Origin: Planctopirus limnophila DSM 3776
GTDB lineage: Bacteria; Planctomycetota; Planctomycetia; Planctomycetales; Planctomycetaceae
Assembly: GCF_000092105.1 (NCBI RefSeq)
Contig: NC_014148.1
Span: forward strand, 3,990,001-4,022,000
Reading direction: 5' to 3'
Length of the DNA stretch: 32,000 nt
The notes beneath the pieces were generated by a model. That model was not told the origin of the DNA, searched no databases, and saw nothing but the letters and a program-made list of their open reading frames with translations. Position numbers and translations under genes: made by a program. Shown one piece after another: positions 7,105 to 15,376 of this stretch. Numbering within the stretch: the first letter of the stretch is position 1; every line of letters begins with the position of its first letter.

Positions 7105-9282
7105 CTATTGGGAAGGTGTTTCAATCCACTGCTGCAAAGCCCCCCAGTTCTGTCCGGTTTCAATCACCACTTGAAGCGGAACGGGCATAGGATTTGAGAA
7201 TCCGGTCATGGCGGCTCTTATGCCGCGGGCGACCGCGTCCAATTGGTGCGTCAGACAGTCTACCAGCACGCCGTCGTGCATCGGCAGTAGGATGCGGGCA
7301 CCGGGAGGAAGCCTCTGATCCATCGCAATCAGCGCTTGCTTGAAGAGTTCAGCAGCGTGGGCCTGAATGAGGTTGTTCACTGCTTGGCGTTGGCGATTCA
7401 AGTCGTCCTGGCCTTCCGTGAGGTCTATGACTCGCCCCAACGGAGTCGTGACAAACCCGCTACTGAGAGCCTCCGCTGCCACGGATTGTCGCCAGGTCAT
7501 CAGCCGGGGGAACAGCCGCTGGATGGCTTCCGCGACAGAGGTCTTGCCGTCAGATGCTGTGCCATCATCAATGAAATCGTAGAGTGCTTGGATCGAGTCC
7601 CCTTTAATTATAGGCCGAGCGGAACTGACATCATGCTTCAAGTCATCGAATTGGCTGACAAGGAATGCATAGAGATCAAAATCAGGACTTCCAAAATCAG
7701 TGAGCAACTGCGAATCCTGGCTCAGCGCTGCTGCCACACGCCATTCGAACGCCCGGTAATCTGCGGAGATAAGAGTCCGGCCTTCGCCTACAACGACGGC
7801 TGGACGTAGACGTAGGGGAATCGACTGGCACGAATACTGTGAAGCCGTAATTCGACCTGTCCGGGATCTGTTTTGCGAAAGGCGCGTACGGAGGCGTCCT
7901 CCAGTCGGGGCGGCGCTAAGCCGCATTCTCTTCAGTTCAGGCAAATCATTGGTAGATGAAGGATTCCACCTTTCATCGAGCAGCAGTCCATGCTGCTCAA
8001 TCTTTCGAAGGATCGGGTTCATCGCTGCATCGAGTCGTGCGGACGCCGTAAGCTCTCGTCCCGTATGCTGGATGACCTGGAGGGGGTTCATGCCCGGGGG
8101 ACGCGAAATCGCACTGGCGATCGGAAGACGTGATACGTCCCTCGCGGGGGGGATGATGATCGTCCCAGCAGACTGTGAAAGAAGCCCGGCATCCGCTCTC
8201 GCCTGCCTCAAGGCGTGTTCAACTTCCTCAGGTCGGCATTCCCCGAAATCTTTACGGCCATCTGGTGGCAGGCAGCGCAAGACCCGTTTCGAAACTGCTC
8301 GTAAGCTGAGTTGTCTCTGCAATCGCCCAATCAATTCCATGGCGTCGGTTTCAGCATCTCTATCCAACGCCACCAGGACGGCGGACGCTTTTGAGGCCAG
8401 ATCCACCAGGAGGTCGAGCTGGGTCTGGCTGGCCGACTTTCCCAGAAGGGCAACTGCATTCCGACCAATCCGCCAGGCATCGGTCACACCCTCCACGACA
8501 ACGATCTCCGAGCGATCAGTAACTCCCGGCATGCCATACAAGTGTAACGACTTCCGGAATCCCGTCGCCGTGAGATACTTCGGCTGATCACTCTGCTCAA
8601 TTGCGCGCGCCTGCCACCCGACAAGATTTAAGGTTTCGATCTGGTAGAAGGGAATAATCAGCCGACGGACAATTCTGGGCTGTGAGGAATCGGACTCATC
8701 TACGTACCCCACATTCCAGTCGCGTGCGAGCTGTTCGGGGTCGAAGTTTCGTGAGGTAAGATAGTTTCGCGCATCATGATTCGAGGTCGAGTCAGTCAGA
8801 GACAGGAACTCGGGCGGCAGTACTATCGGTACCACTGCGTCGCCCGGGGTTAATACCGTCGTGGTGGGCAGCCAGAGATCCCCGGCGCAAGATCGTTGAG
8901 CCTCTCGCCAAACAGAACTGATTCTCAAATTGAATCGAGTTGCGAGTACTCCATTTGTATGGCAGCTTTCGTTAAAACAGTGCCAGCGGTGGGATCTCGA
9001 CTGGTCAGTCGGGTAGTAAGTCTCCGATACACGCATGCGACTTCTTTGGTCACGACAGAACGGGCAATTCAGCACGAATTCTTCGCCAAAGCCTGTGATA
9101 ACCTCACGCCCTTGCTGCGGATCGAAACGTACAGTTCTTCTCTGACCCGGATTCGCGATGCGCATGTGCGCAGTCTGCTCGGGATAAGCTATTTGAAGAG
9201 CCCGAGCGAGACCGACGTTGCGGGGTCTGATTGAAGATGGTGGAGGAGATGGTGGTGAGACAATCGAAAGCACTGAATGCAT
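7105..9282 (-). CDS. Fusion protein: DnaG-type primase (zinc finger, RNAP core, Toprim) joined to a minimal family-A DNA polymerase palm/fingers core
   Basis: 725 aa with an ATG start. Zinc finger: C73-x2-C76...H101-C102-x4-C107-H108. DnaG-like PKYLTATGFRKSLHLYG. Toprim: VVVEGVTDAW (E264) and LDRDAETD (D307, D309). PolA motifs run in Klenow order: RTGRITASQYSCQSIP, ISADYRAFEWR (motif A), RPIIKGDSIQALY (motif B), NLIQAHAAE, LPMHDG (motif C) and VPLQVVIETGQNWG (C-terminus). Confidence 0.8.
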   Translation of the reverse strand: MHSVLSIVSPPSPPPSSIRPRNVGLARALQIAYPEQTAHMRIANPGQRRTVRFDPQQGREVITGFGEEFVLNCPFCRDQRSRMRVSETYYPTDQSRSHRWHCFNESCHTNGVLATRFNLRISSVWREAQRSCAGDLWLPTTTVLTPGDAVVPIVLPPEFLSLTDSTSNHDARNYLTSRNFDPEQLARDWNVGYVDESDSSQPRIVRRLIIPFYQIETLNLVGWQARAIEQSDQPKYLTATGFRKSLHLYGMPGVTDRSEIVVVEGVTDAWRIGRNAVALLGKSASQTQLDLLVDLASKASAVLVALDRDAETDAMELIGRLQRQLSLRAVSKRVLRCLPPDGRKDFGECRPEEVEHALRQARADAGLLSQSAGTIIIPPARDVSRLPIASAISRPPGMNPLQVIQHTGRELTASARLDAAMNPILRKIEQHGLLLDERWNPSSTNDLPELKRMRLSAAPTGGRLRTRLSQNRSRTGRITASQYSCQSIPLRLRPAVVVGEGRTLISADYRAFEWRVAAALSQDSQLLTDFGSPDFDLYAFLVSQFDDLKHDVSSARPIIKGDSIQALYDFIDDGTASDGKTSVAEAIQRLFPRLMTWRQSVAAEALSSGFVTTPLGRVIDLTEGQDDLNRQRQAVNNLIQAHAAELFKQALIAMDQRLPPGARILLPMHDGVLVDCLTHQLDAVARGIRAAMTGFSNPMPVPLQVVIETGQNWGALQQWIETPSQ

Positions 9283-9376
9283 GATGGACTTTCATTGCGA
9301 TGAATGGTGATCTGGTTTTCGGGTTGTAGCGATGCCGCCTTTTGCTGCTGTCGCGCTCTTACGTATTTTCAGACAG

Positions 9377-9404
9377 AGGGAGGAGGGCATAGTCCCTCCT
9401 CCCT
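9377..9404 (-). promoter_or_regulatory. GC-rich 11-bp perfect hairpin (AGGGAGGAGGG / CCCTCCTCCCT, 6-nt loop) in the gap between the helicase and primase-polymerase genes
   Basis: Read directly. On the minus strand the left arm resembles a Shine-Dalgarno sequence, and the loop ends in ATG (A at 9390). Confidence 0.6.
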
Positions 9405-9599
9405 AACGACCCGAACGGAAGAGCTGTCAGATGGAAACCTTGAGAGCTATCTGCAGAAAGCTAAGTCACCTCAGTAACAAACCGCATCGGAAGCTCTTAA
9501 CTCATTGACAAGCTCTTTTTTACAAGCTGTATGGCCGCTCGTCGAAAGACGTTAAGCCACCTCAACAGGTGGAATCAGCCATGATGAGACTGCCCACGA

Positions 9600-11729
9600 T
9601 CACTCCGGTACTTCCTCCGTGCCTGCGGCTCGCTCTTCCAACAGAGGCGCCAGAATGCTGCCTTTCAGGCAGACCATTCGTACTGTAGGGCCATTTCTCG
9701 ACAATCGCACCATTTGAAGGTTCCCACGACCCCCGCTGACATGAAGCCAGCCAAGATTTCTCCATGCTGCGATTGTCTCCTGGAAATTGAAGCCTCTTAA
9801 CTGAAGAATTCTTTCCAGTTCGGTGAGAGTAAGGGCCAGAGATGGACGTCGATTAGCGTCGTCACGCGTTACGATCCAACGTCCAACAATGTCTCCCTGA
9901 CCTTCGGATGATCGGAACAGACCCTCCTGCAGTGAAGCCATATTGTTAACTGGAAAGAACCACCGTCGGCCAACCTCATCAAGGACGTGATGCAGTGCCT
10001 CAAGGGGGCGATCTGTTTCGATCAATTCACCAGCCAGCAGGGCCATAAGATCCCGGCCCGGATGCCGGAGTCTCTCTGGAAGATCGAAGAGTTCTCCTGC
10101 CAGCTCGGCGGCGAGTTCGACGACCGCGAGATGGCCCGCCATTCGTCCCGCAACCGGATTGTTCTGGACGGAATGTGCCAGCGTCTCGTGAATCTCACGA
10201 TAGCGTTCCCGCCACTGTTCCCAACTCGCTTGCTGCTGAAGAACCTGTCGCACAAACCGTGGTCCCAGATGGCCGAAATGGCGATTAGCCCGTGATCTAT
10301 AGCCATCGACCGTTTCTCGAGCATTGCTGATCAGATTGGCGAAGGGCGGACGGTTGAGTGGAACGACTCGTGCCCAGGTCCCCCCCTGCTCTTCAAAGCT
10401 GGTGAGCGCTTGCTCGCCCGTTGAAAGAGCAATCAGTCTCCATCTCGCTGTCTGCTGGACTCCGGCAACAGTTCCTCTTCCGCGAGCGATTCCATTCGCC
10501 AGGTCAAAAACGATTTGGCTGATCTGGTCATTTCTGGCCTGTCGGGTGTCATCCAGGAATAACGGCAAATGGTTATGGAAAGCGGCCCTGCGCTCTACGA
10601 AGACACGTGTCTGGTTCCAGGAATGGATCAGGGCTGCACCAGTCGCCTGGGCATCAGGCCGCCCCCAAACACTTGCCGAGACTTCAAGTGTCGTGGTTTT
10701 GCCTAGGCTCGTGGTTCCTGATAAATCGACCACAAATCCGGGGCGCTGGAGTATTGGGAGCAGGACGCTTGCCAGCGACGAGTAGAGCATGAAACGAGCG
10801 ATCGGAGACTCAGCTACCTCACGGAAAAGTGCGAGGCTCTCTTCAAAACTTCCTCCAGCCACAAAGGCATCGAGAGCGCTGTCGAAACCGTCATCGGGCA
10901 TGACGACGTCAATACCGTCTGGTTCCTCAGGTGTGGCCGCGATAAGAGTTCGTCCCCACGCAAACTGATTGAGATCTCTTTCCCACCCCAGCTGTCTCAG
11001 TACCTGACGATGAGGAAGGACCATGCTGTTGTCACCAAGGAAATCACCAAAGTACCCGACCCATCGACGAGCATTCAAAGAGTTCACGTTCATCCCGAAA
11101 CGGGAAAGTTCCAAGATTCCTCTCGAATCAGCCAGACTTCGACGAGAAATCTCACGTTGATCTAATCGACCGTCGTCTAACCACTGGACAACGACAGCCT
11201 GTTCTCTATTTATCGAATCGATGCGAATTTCGGACAGCCAAGCCAACTGTGGTAAGCTCTCAACTTCGGCGTTTCGTCTGGTCGCGGATCTCATTTCAAG
11301 AACGGGCATACTTGAATCAAAGTTGATTGACCAGTTTTGCGGAAGCTCCATATCTTCGGCAAGGGAGATGCGATTGTCGTGAATATCCAGCTGCCGCAAG
11401 ATTTCACGAATGCGTCTTGGGCCGCTTTGCTCAGGGTCAGACTCTGGGCGATTGAAACTCGAAGCGTGCTGATTGGCTTCGGAACTGGGTGGATTGGTAT
11501 CAGGCCCCGGATTCGACGGGCTCATTCCCGGCAAGAGAGTTCCCCATAATGAGGCTTCAGATTCCGGTGGAACTTGAGCAGAAAGACGGGAATCGTTGTT
11601 CGAATTTGATGCAATCATCATCGTCTTTTCTAGGCGCAATGACTTTGGAGTCGGAATAGCACCGTGGAAACATGGGAAAGTGTGGACAATCGGCGTGAGC
11701 ACACGCAGTACGAGTTGAAGAAATCTCAC
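9600..11729 (-). CDS. DUF927-type P-loop NTPase (helicase associated with phage/plasmid primases)
   Basis: VVDLSGTTSLGKTTTLEVSASVWGRPD (Walker A at nt 10695-10718) and HLPLFLDDTRQA (Walker B) match my memory of the DUF927 core. The track ORF starts at GTG 11729. ATG codons at 11621 and 11618 are alternative starts. The first ~100 aa are rich in P, S and N and of low complexity. Confidence 0.75.
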   Translation of the reverse strand: MRFLQLVLRVLTPIVHTFPCFHGAIPTPKSLRLEKTMMIASNSNNDSRLSAQVPPESEASLWGTLLPGMSPSNPGPDTNPPSSEANQHASSFNRPESDPEQSGPRRIREILRQLDIHDNRISLAEDMELPQNWSINFDSSMPVLEMRSATRRNAEVESLPQLAWLSEIRIDSINREQAVVVQWLDDGRLDQREISRRSLADSRGILELSRFGMNVNSLNARRWVGYFGDFLGDNSMVLPHRQVLRQLGWERDLNQFAWGRTLIAATPEEPDGIDVVMPDDGFDSALDAFVAGGSFEESLALFREVAESPIARFMLYSSLASVLLPILQRPGFVVDLSGTTSLGKTTTLEVSASVWGRPDAQATGAALIHSWNQTRVFVERRAAFHNHLPLFLDDTRQARNDQISQIVFDLANGIARGRGTVAGVQQTARWRLIALSTGEQALTSFEEQGGTWARVVPLNRPPFANLISNARETVDGYRSRANRHFGHLGPRFVRQVLQQQASWEQWRERYREIHETLAHSVQNNPVAGRMAGHLAVVELAAELAGELFDLPERLRHPGRDLMALLAGELIETDRPLEALHHVLDEVGRRWFFPVNNMASLQEGLFRSSEGQGDIVGRWIVTRDDANRRPSLALTLTELERILQLRGFNFQETIAAWRNLGWLHVSGGRGNLQMVRLSRNGPTVRMVCLKGSILAPLLEERAAGTEEVPE

Positions 11730-12375
11730 GGGGGTCCCAGTAAGGGCGCAATGATAGTTGCGCAGCTACCGGTCATATCAAGCGGCCAAGGATCACAAGT
11801 ACTGGTATCAATTAACTTTAGAACAGCAGACACGGGCCGCTGTTGTAAGCAGAGATACAATGTGCAGTAGTTAGGAAAGGCTCTCAACACGATAAGATGG
11901 TTGAATGGCCTCTACTAAAATTCCTATACCCAGGTGAGTTAAAACTCGCTTAGTCTTACCGACAGAGTTCGGCAAGCAGAATTCGCCACTTTCGGCGAGC
12001 GGCAACGCATTCTCCAATAAGTTTCAATTGGTCGAATCGGCCACTAGAGTCGGATTGCATGTAAAATCAAAAGTCGATATGAGCTCCTTTTTCTGTCATG
12101 GATAATTCTTCGGTCTGCTGCATTGGGATACCGCATTCCAATGCTCGGGAGGGAGAGATGCGAGTCGCTGTCTTCAATTACAAATGATCTGAAGAGCATT
12201 TTGCTAACGCCAGAACCCTGACAATAAAGATTGTCGATGTCTTGCATTCCGTCAACTCACGCAACCCATGAAAATCAACGAGAATCAAAAATTTGCGCGC
12301 TTTCAAGACACTCCGTCTTGAACTATAGGTCGCGTGTGTAGTGTGGATCCTGTTTCGAACTTGCAGGTCGTAGTG

Positions 12376-13383
12376 TTAACTGGCCTTTGTCAGGTGGAGA
12401 AATGGTGGCAGCTGGTTGATCAAGCCGTCGACATCAATGCGGGGAATACGGAGTATCGACAGTTTCTCTGAGAGAGGGTCGATAGCCGCTGTGTCCTCCA
12501 GAACCTGGCCATTGTCAACAGCCTGCGGAACTACCGACTCCTCGACGTTAACCTCTGTGGGAGATGACGTTGGGGACGATACTAAGGCAGTTTCTGACAG
12601 TCGACGTGCATGTTCATGTTGATACAGAGGCCAGTACAGATTCTCTGTCTCGATCTCTTTTTCGGGAAAATTGAGTTTGATCTGGATTTTCAGATCGAGC
12701 GAATATGTTTCTGGCGGAGACACATGACTCACGGGAAATTTTCGGACAGCCATCGCGACACGGTCGATGGCTGCCCGCGCCTTATAGGATCGAGAATAGA
12801 GTCCCGGATATTCATAGTGATAGCGAGCCGTCTGACGTGCCCGGTGCCCTGATTTTTTCAGCGTCCTGGAGGCATCTTTGAGATTCATCAATACCAGCTG
12901 CTCGTAATACAACTCCAGGATGGGATGAGCATGCATCCCCTCGGGAAGCGCGACTTTGCTTTCCACCAGTTGCTTCATTTGATCCAGTTGCGTTGAAGAA
13001 TGCCCGGACATCGTGACGAGCTGCAGATACAAGGCGGTTTTGCCCCACTGTTTCAGCTCCCGTGCCTTCGCCTTTCCTATCAGTCGCTTCTGGCGATCCG
13101 TGAGTTCTGGCAGCTTATAGTCTGTTGGTGCTAACAACCCGGCCAGCACAGGGAGTGGAAACTCCAGCAGCTGCTGAAGCTTTCTGGCGCTGATTTTGGC
13201 CTGATTCCGCACCTGATTTTCAAAACACGTCAGCTTCCGCCGAGCCTGGTTGATGGCTGCGAACATCTGCGCTGCTGCGATCCCATCATAACCACTGCCG
13301 TAATACTCTTTCTCAATACGTCCGTAGCGACGAACTGAGCGGTAATAGTAACTGTTTCCGTTTCGACGCCTTTCCCATGCCAT
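12376..13383 (-). CDS. Hypothetical protein (335 aa)
   Basis: ATG start at 13383. The composition looks protein-like. The N-terminus (MAWERRRNGNSYYYRSVRRYGRIEKEYYGSG) resembles openings I associate with hypothetical proteins of mobile elements. No domain recognised. Confidence 0.6.
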   Translation of the reverse strand: MAWERRRNGNSYYYRSVRRYGRIEKEYYGSGYDGIAAAQMFAAINQARRKLTCFENQVRNQAKISARKLQQLLEFPLPVLAGLLAPTDYKLPELTDRQKRLIGKAKARELKQWGKTALYLQLVTMSGHSSTQLDQMKQLVESKVALPEGMHAHPILELYYEQLVLMNLKDASRTLKKSGHRARQTARYHYEYPGLYSRSYKARAAIDRVAMAVRKFPVSHVSPPETYSLDLKIQIKLNFPEKEIETENLYWPLYQHEHARRLSETALVSSPTSSPTEVNVEESVVPQAVDNGQVLEDTAAIDPLSEKLSILRIPRIDVDGLINQLPPFLHLTKAS

Positions 13384-13499
13384 GTGATCACTTGCTCTCC
13401 AAGTTTTTGTTTGAGGAGTTGTGCTAAAACGATGATCTGGGGGGAGATGCCCCCCCCAGCCAAGTCCTGCGCAGGAGTCATCAGACCCTTACCGAACCC

Positions 13500-14249
13500 T
13501 TAGGGCTGGGAATTACAGACGGTTTGAAGCCACTGACACTGAGCTCTCAATTCCCGCAGTTTTTCAGCGGCATAAACCAGTTTGCATGTTTGTGGCCGGG
13601 GATGCCGGGGCGTATCGCGGGGAGACAGGATCCGTAGAACTCTCAGCTTCTCTTCCCGTGTCAGCTGGCTCTCTTCTCGCAGATATCCCAACAGCCCATA
13701 CCTTCGCACCAGTGTGCGCAACTCAGGAGTCAGATATCGCTCCAGTTCTGTGAGACCCGATTGATAGGCCACAAGCTTCCAGAAATAGCTGTATTCATGG
13801 CTTTTTGTGATTTCCACAGGCCGAAATTTGACAGCGTTATGCTGAATCCAGGAGATCGATGTCTTCAAAAGAGGCAACACCTCAAAGAACAGGGCTTCAT
13901 AAGCCACAATGGCATTTTCTGGCCATTGCACCACAGAAGCCACCTCACTCACTGTCTGATGAGCCAGCAGACGCGCCTCGATTTCAGCCGATACGAACGG
14001 ATCCGTTTCTCGTAAGGAAACGGCCATCAGCACGGCTTCATCGATGTGATCGTTCACTGTTGGCGCGCGCTCCCGCACCTCCCAGCACTTCAGGAGACTG
14101 AGACACCAGGGGTCTTTAAGGCGTTTCTCAGGGTGCTTCCTGGCCAGAAGGCACCACAATTCCCGCCAATTTGGCTCCCGAATTGGGGAAGTGGGACCCG
14201 GAATCTGTTTTTCGAAGAAGAAATAGTCGCCAAATGGAGAGCGCGGCAT
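13500..14249 (-). CDS. Hypothetical protein (249 aa from the ATG)
   Basis: The track ORF starts at GTG 14306. The first ATG is at 14249 (MPRSPFGDYFFFEK...). No domain recognised. Same orientation as the replication genes. Confidence 0.55.
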   Translation of the reverse strand: MPRSPFGDYFFFEKQIPGPTSPIREPNWRELWCLLARKHPEKRLKDPWCLSLLKCWEVRERAPTVNDHIDEAVLMAVSLRETDPFVSAEIEARLLAHQTVSEVASVVQWPENAIVAYEALFFEVLPLLKTSISWIQHNAVKFRPVEITKSHEYSYFWKLVAYQSGLTELERYLTPELRTLVRRYGLLGYLREESQLTREEKLRVLRILSPRDTPRHPRPQTCKLVYAAEKLRELRAQCQWLQTVCNSQP

Positions 14250-14688
14250 CACTTTTTCGCTCAAAAATGAGGGTCTGGAACAGCGCGATGTACTACATCT
14301 GCACACAGCGAGCTTTCGCTATTCCCGCATATCTCGGGCGTGAGCGCAAGAGGAAAAGATTCCGCCCGGGCGAAGAGCTGTCGCGTCCCGTTCGAGAAAT
14401 GAATGGCCGGATTGCCTTCCACAGCCGCCGTGAAAGTCATGCCGGGAATTCTCACGACACATCAAAAACCTCACTAGCGCGGATCAACCTTCTGCGCTAC
14501 GATGAGTCTTGAAGCTTTGTGCCATATCACGCCATGCCGAGAGGAGGTTCGATTGAGACAGCCATTCCCGACTTCTGTGCTCGTTCCCTGATGAACAGCC
14601 AGGAATGTCCCTTCTAAACAGGGAGTGAATGCCAGCTTGTGCAGCAGCATTCTCGGAATGGATTCAGCCCATATGGAGAAATATCACC

Positions 14689-14901
14689 ATGTATGACATT
14701 TTTCATGAACACAAGCCAGGCTTTGAATCTGTCGCTGTGGATCGCCAGACCGCAGCAAAAATCCTGGGAATTTCACTCGCCACACTCGACCGCCATGTAC
14801 GGTCTGGAAAAATTCCCTCCTGGAAGCTGGGGCGACGTGTCATATTCGATCAGGCAACACTCCTTGAATTGTTGCGTTCCGCGGGTCAGTCCACGAGGTG
14901 A
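14689..14901 (+). CDS. Helix-turn-helix DNA-binding protein, excisionase/AlpA/MerR-like
   Basis: DRQTAAKILGISLATLDRHVRSGKIPSWKLGRRVIFDQATLLELL is a typical Xis-type HTH. ATG 14689 is preceded by GGAGAA 8 nt upstream. The track start at ATG 14629 would add 20 aa. Confidence 0.65.
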   Translation: MYDIFHEHKPGFESVAVDRQTAAKILGISLATLDRHVRSGKIPSWKLGRRVIFDQATLLELLRSAGQSTR

Positions 14902-15376
14902 TTGAAGTTGTCCGGATCTCCCACAGAAGACAGCTGATCTGTTTTGAGTCTTACAGAGAGGTTCGAGTCGACCTCGCAGGATACTCAACAGCTCAGCTGT
15001 ATTCTGGTGGGGAGCCAGAATACGTCTTGAAGGGTTTATCGAGCCGAGAAGTCCCGGCATCCACGTTCTAAACACGGCCCTGTCGATCAGGAACTGATGG
15101 TTGGCAGTGGGAAGAAGTGAATTTGCCAGCTCACAAAACAAGCAGGGCCATCTTCCTGGAAGATGTCTTTCGCTATGAGATTCCAGACTTCTCGACAGGG
15201 GCGTATGGCGTCGAACCGTTTACGTGATGGAGGAATCGCTGAGAATTCAGGAACGTAAACTGGCCGCCGCGGCTGACTCGTAAAGCATTCAATCGACTGA
15301 CGAACTTTTCTCACTGTCTGTGATTCGTAATGTCGTTTGATTCATCAAGCTCACTCGAAGTTTAGGGGTTCATTCA

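Noticed and set aside
12044-12247. 67-codon minus-strand ORF in the AT-richer gap of the element
   Set aside because: It has an ATG start but no recognisable motif, no visible RBS, and an atypical composition. I mention it under the cargo-slot finding and do not annotate it as a gene.
14773-15314. Minus-strand ORFs 14773..15141 and 15087..15314
   Set aside because: They have non-ATG starts and overlap each other in different frames. One also overlaps the HTH gene. They could be a frameshifted gene but cannot be supported as CDS from sequence alone.
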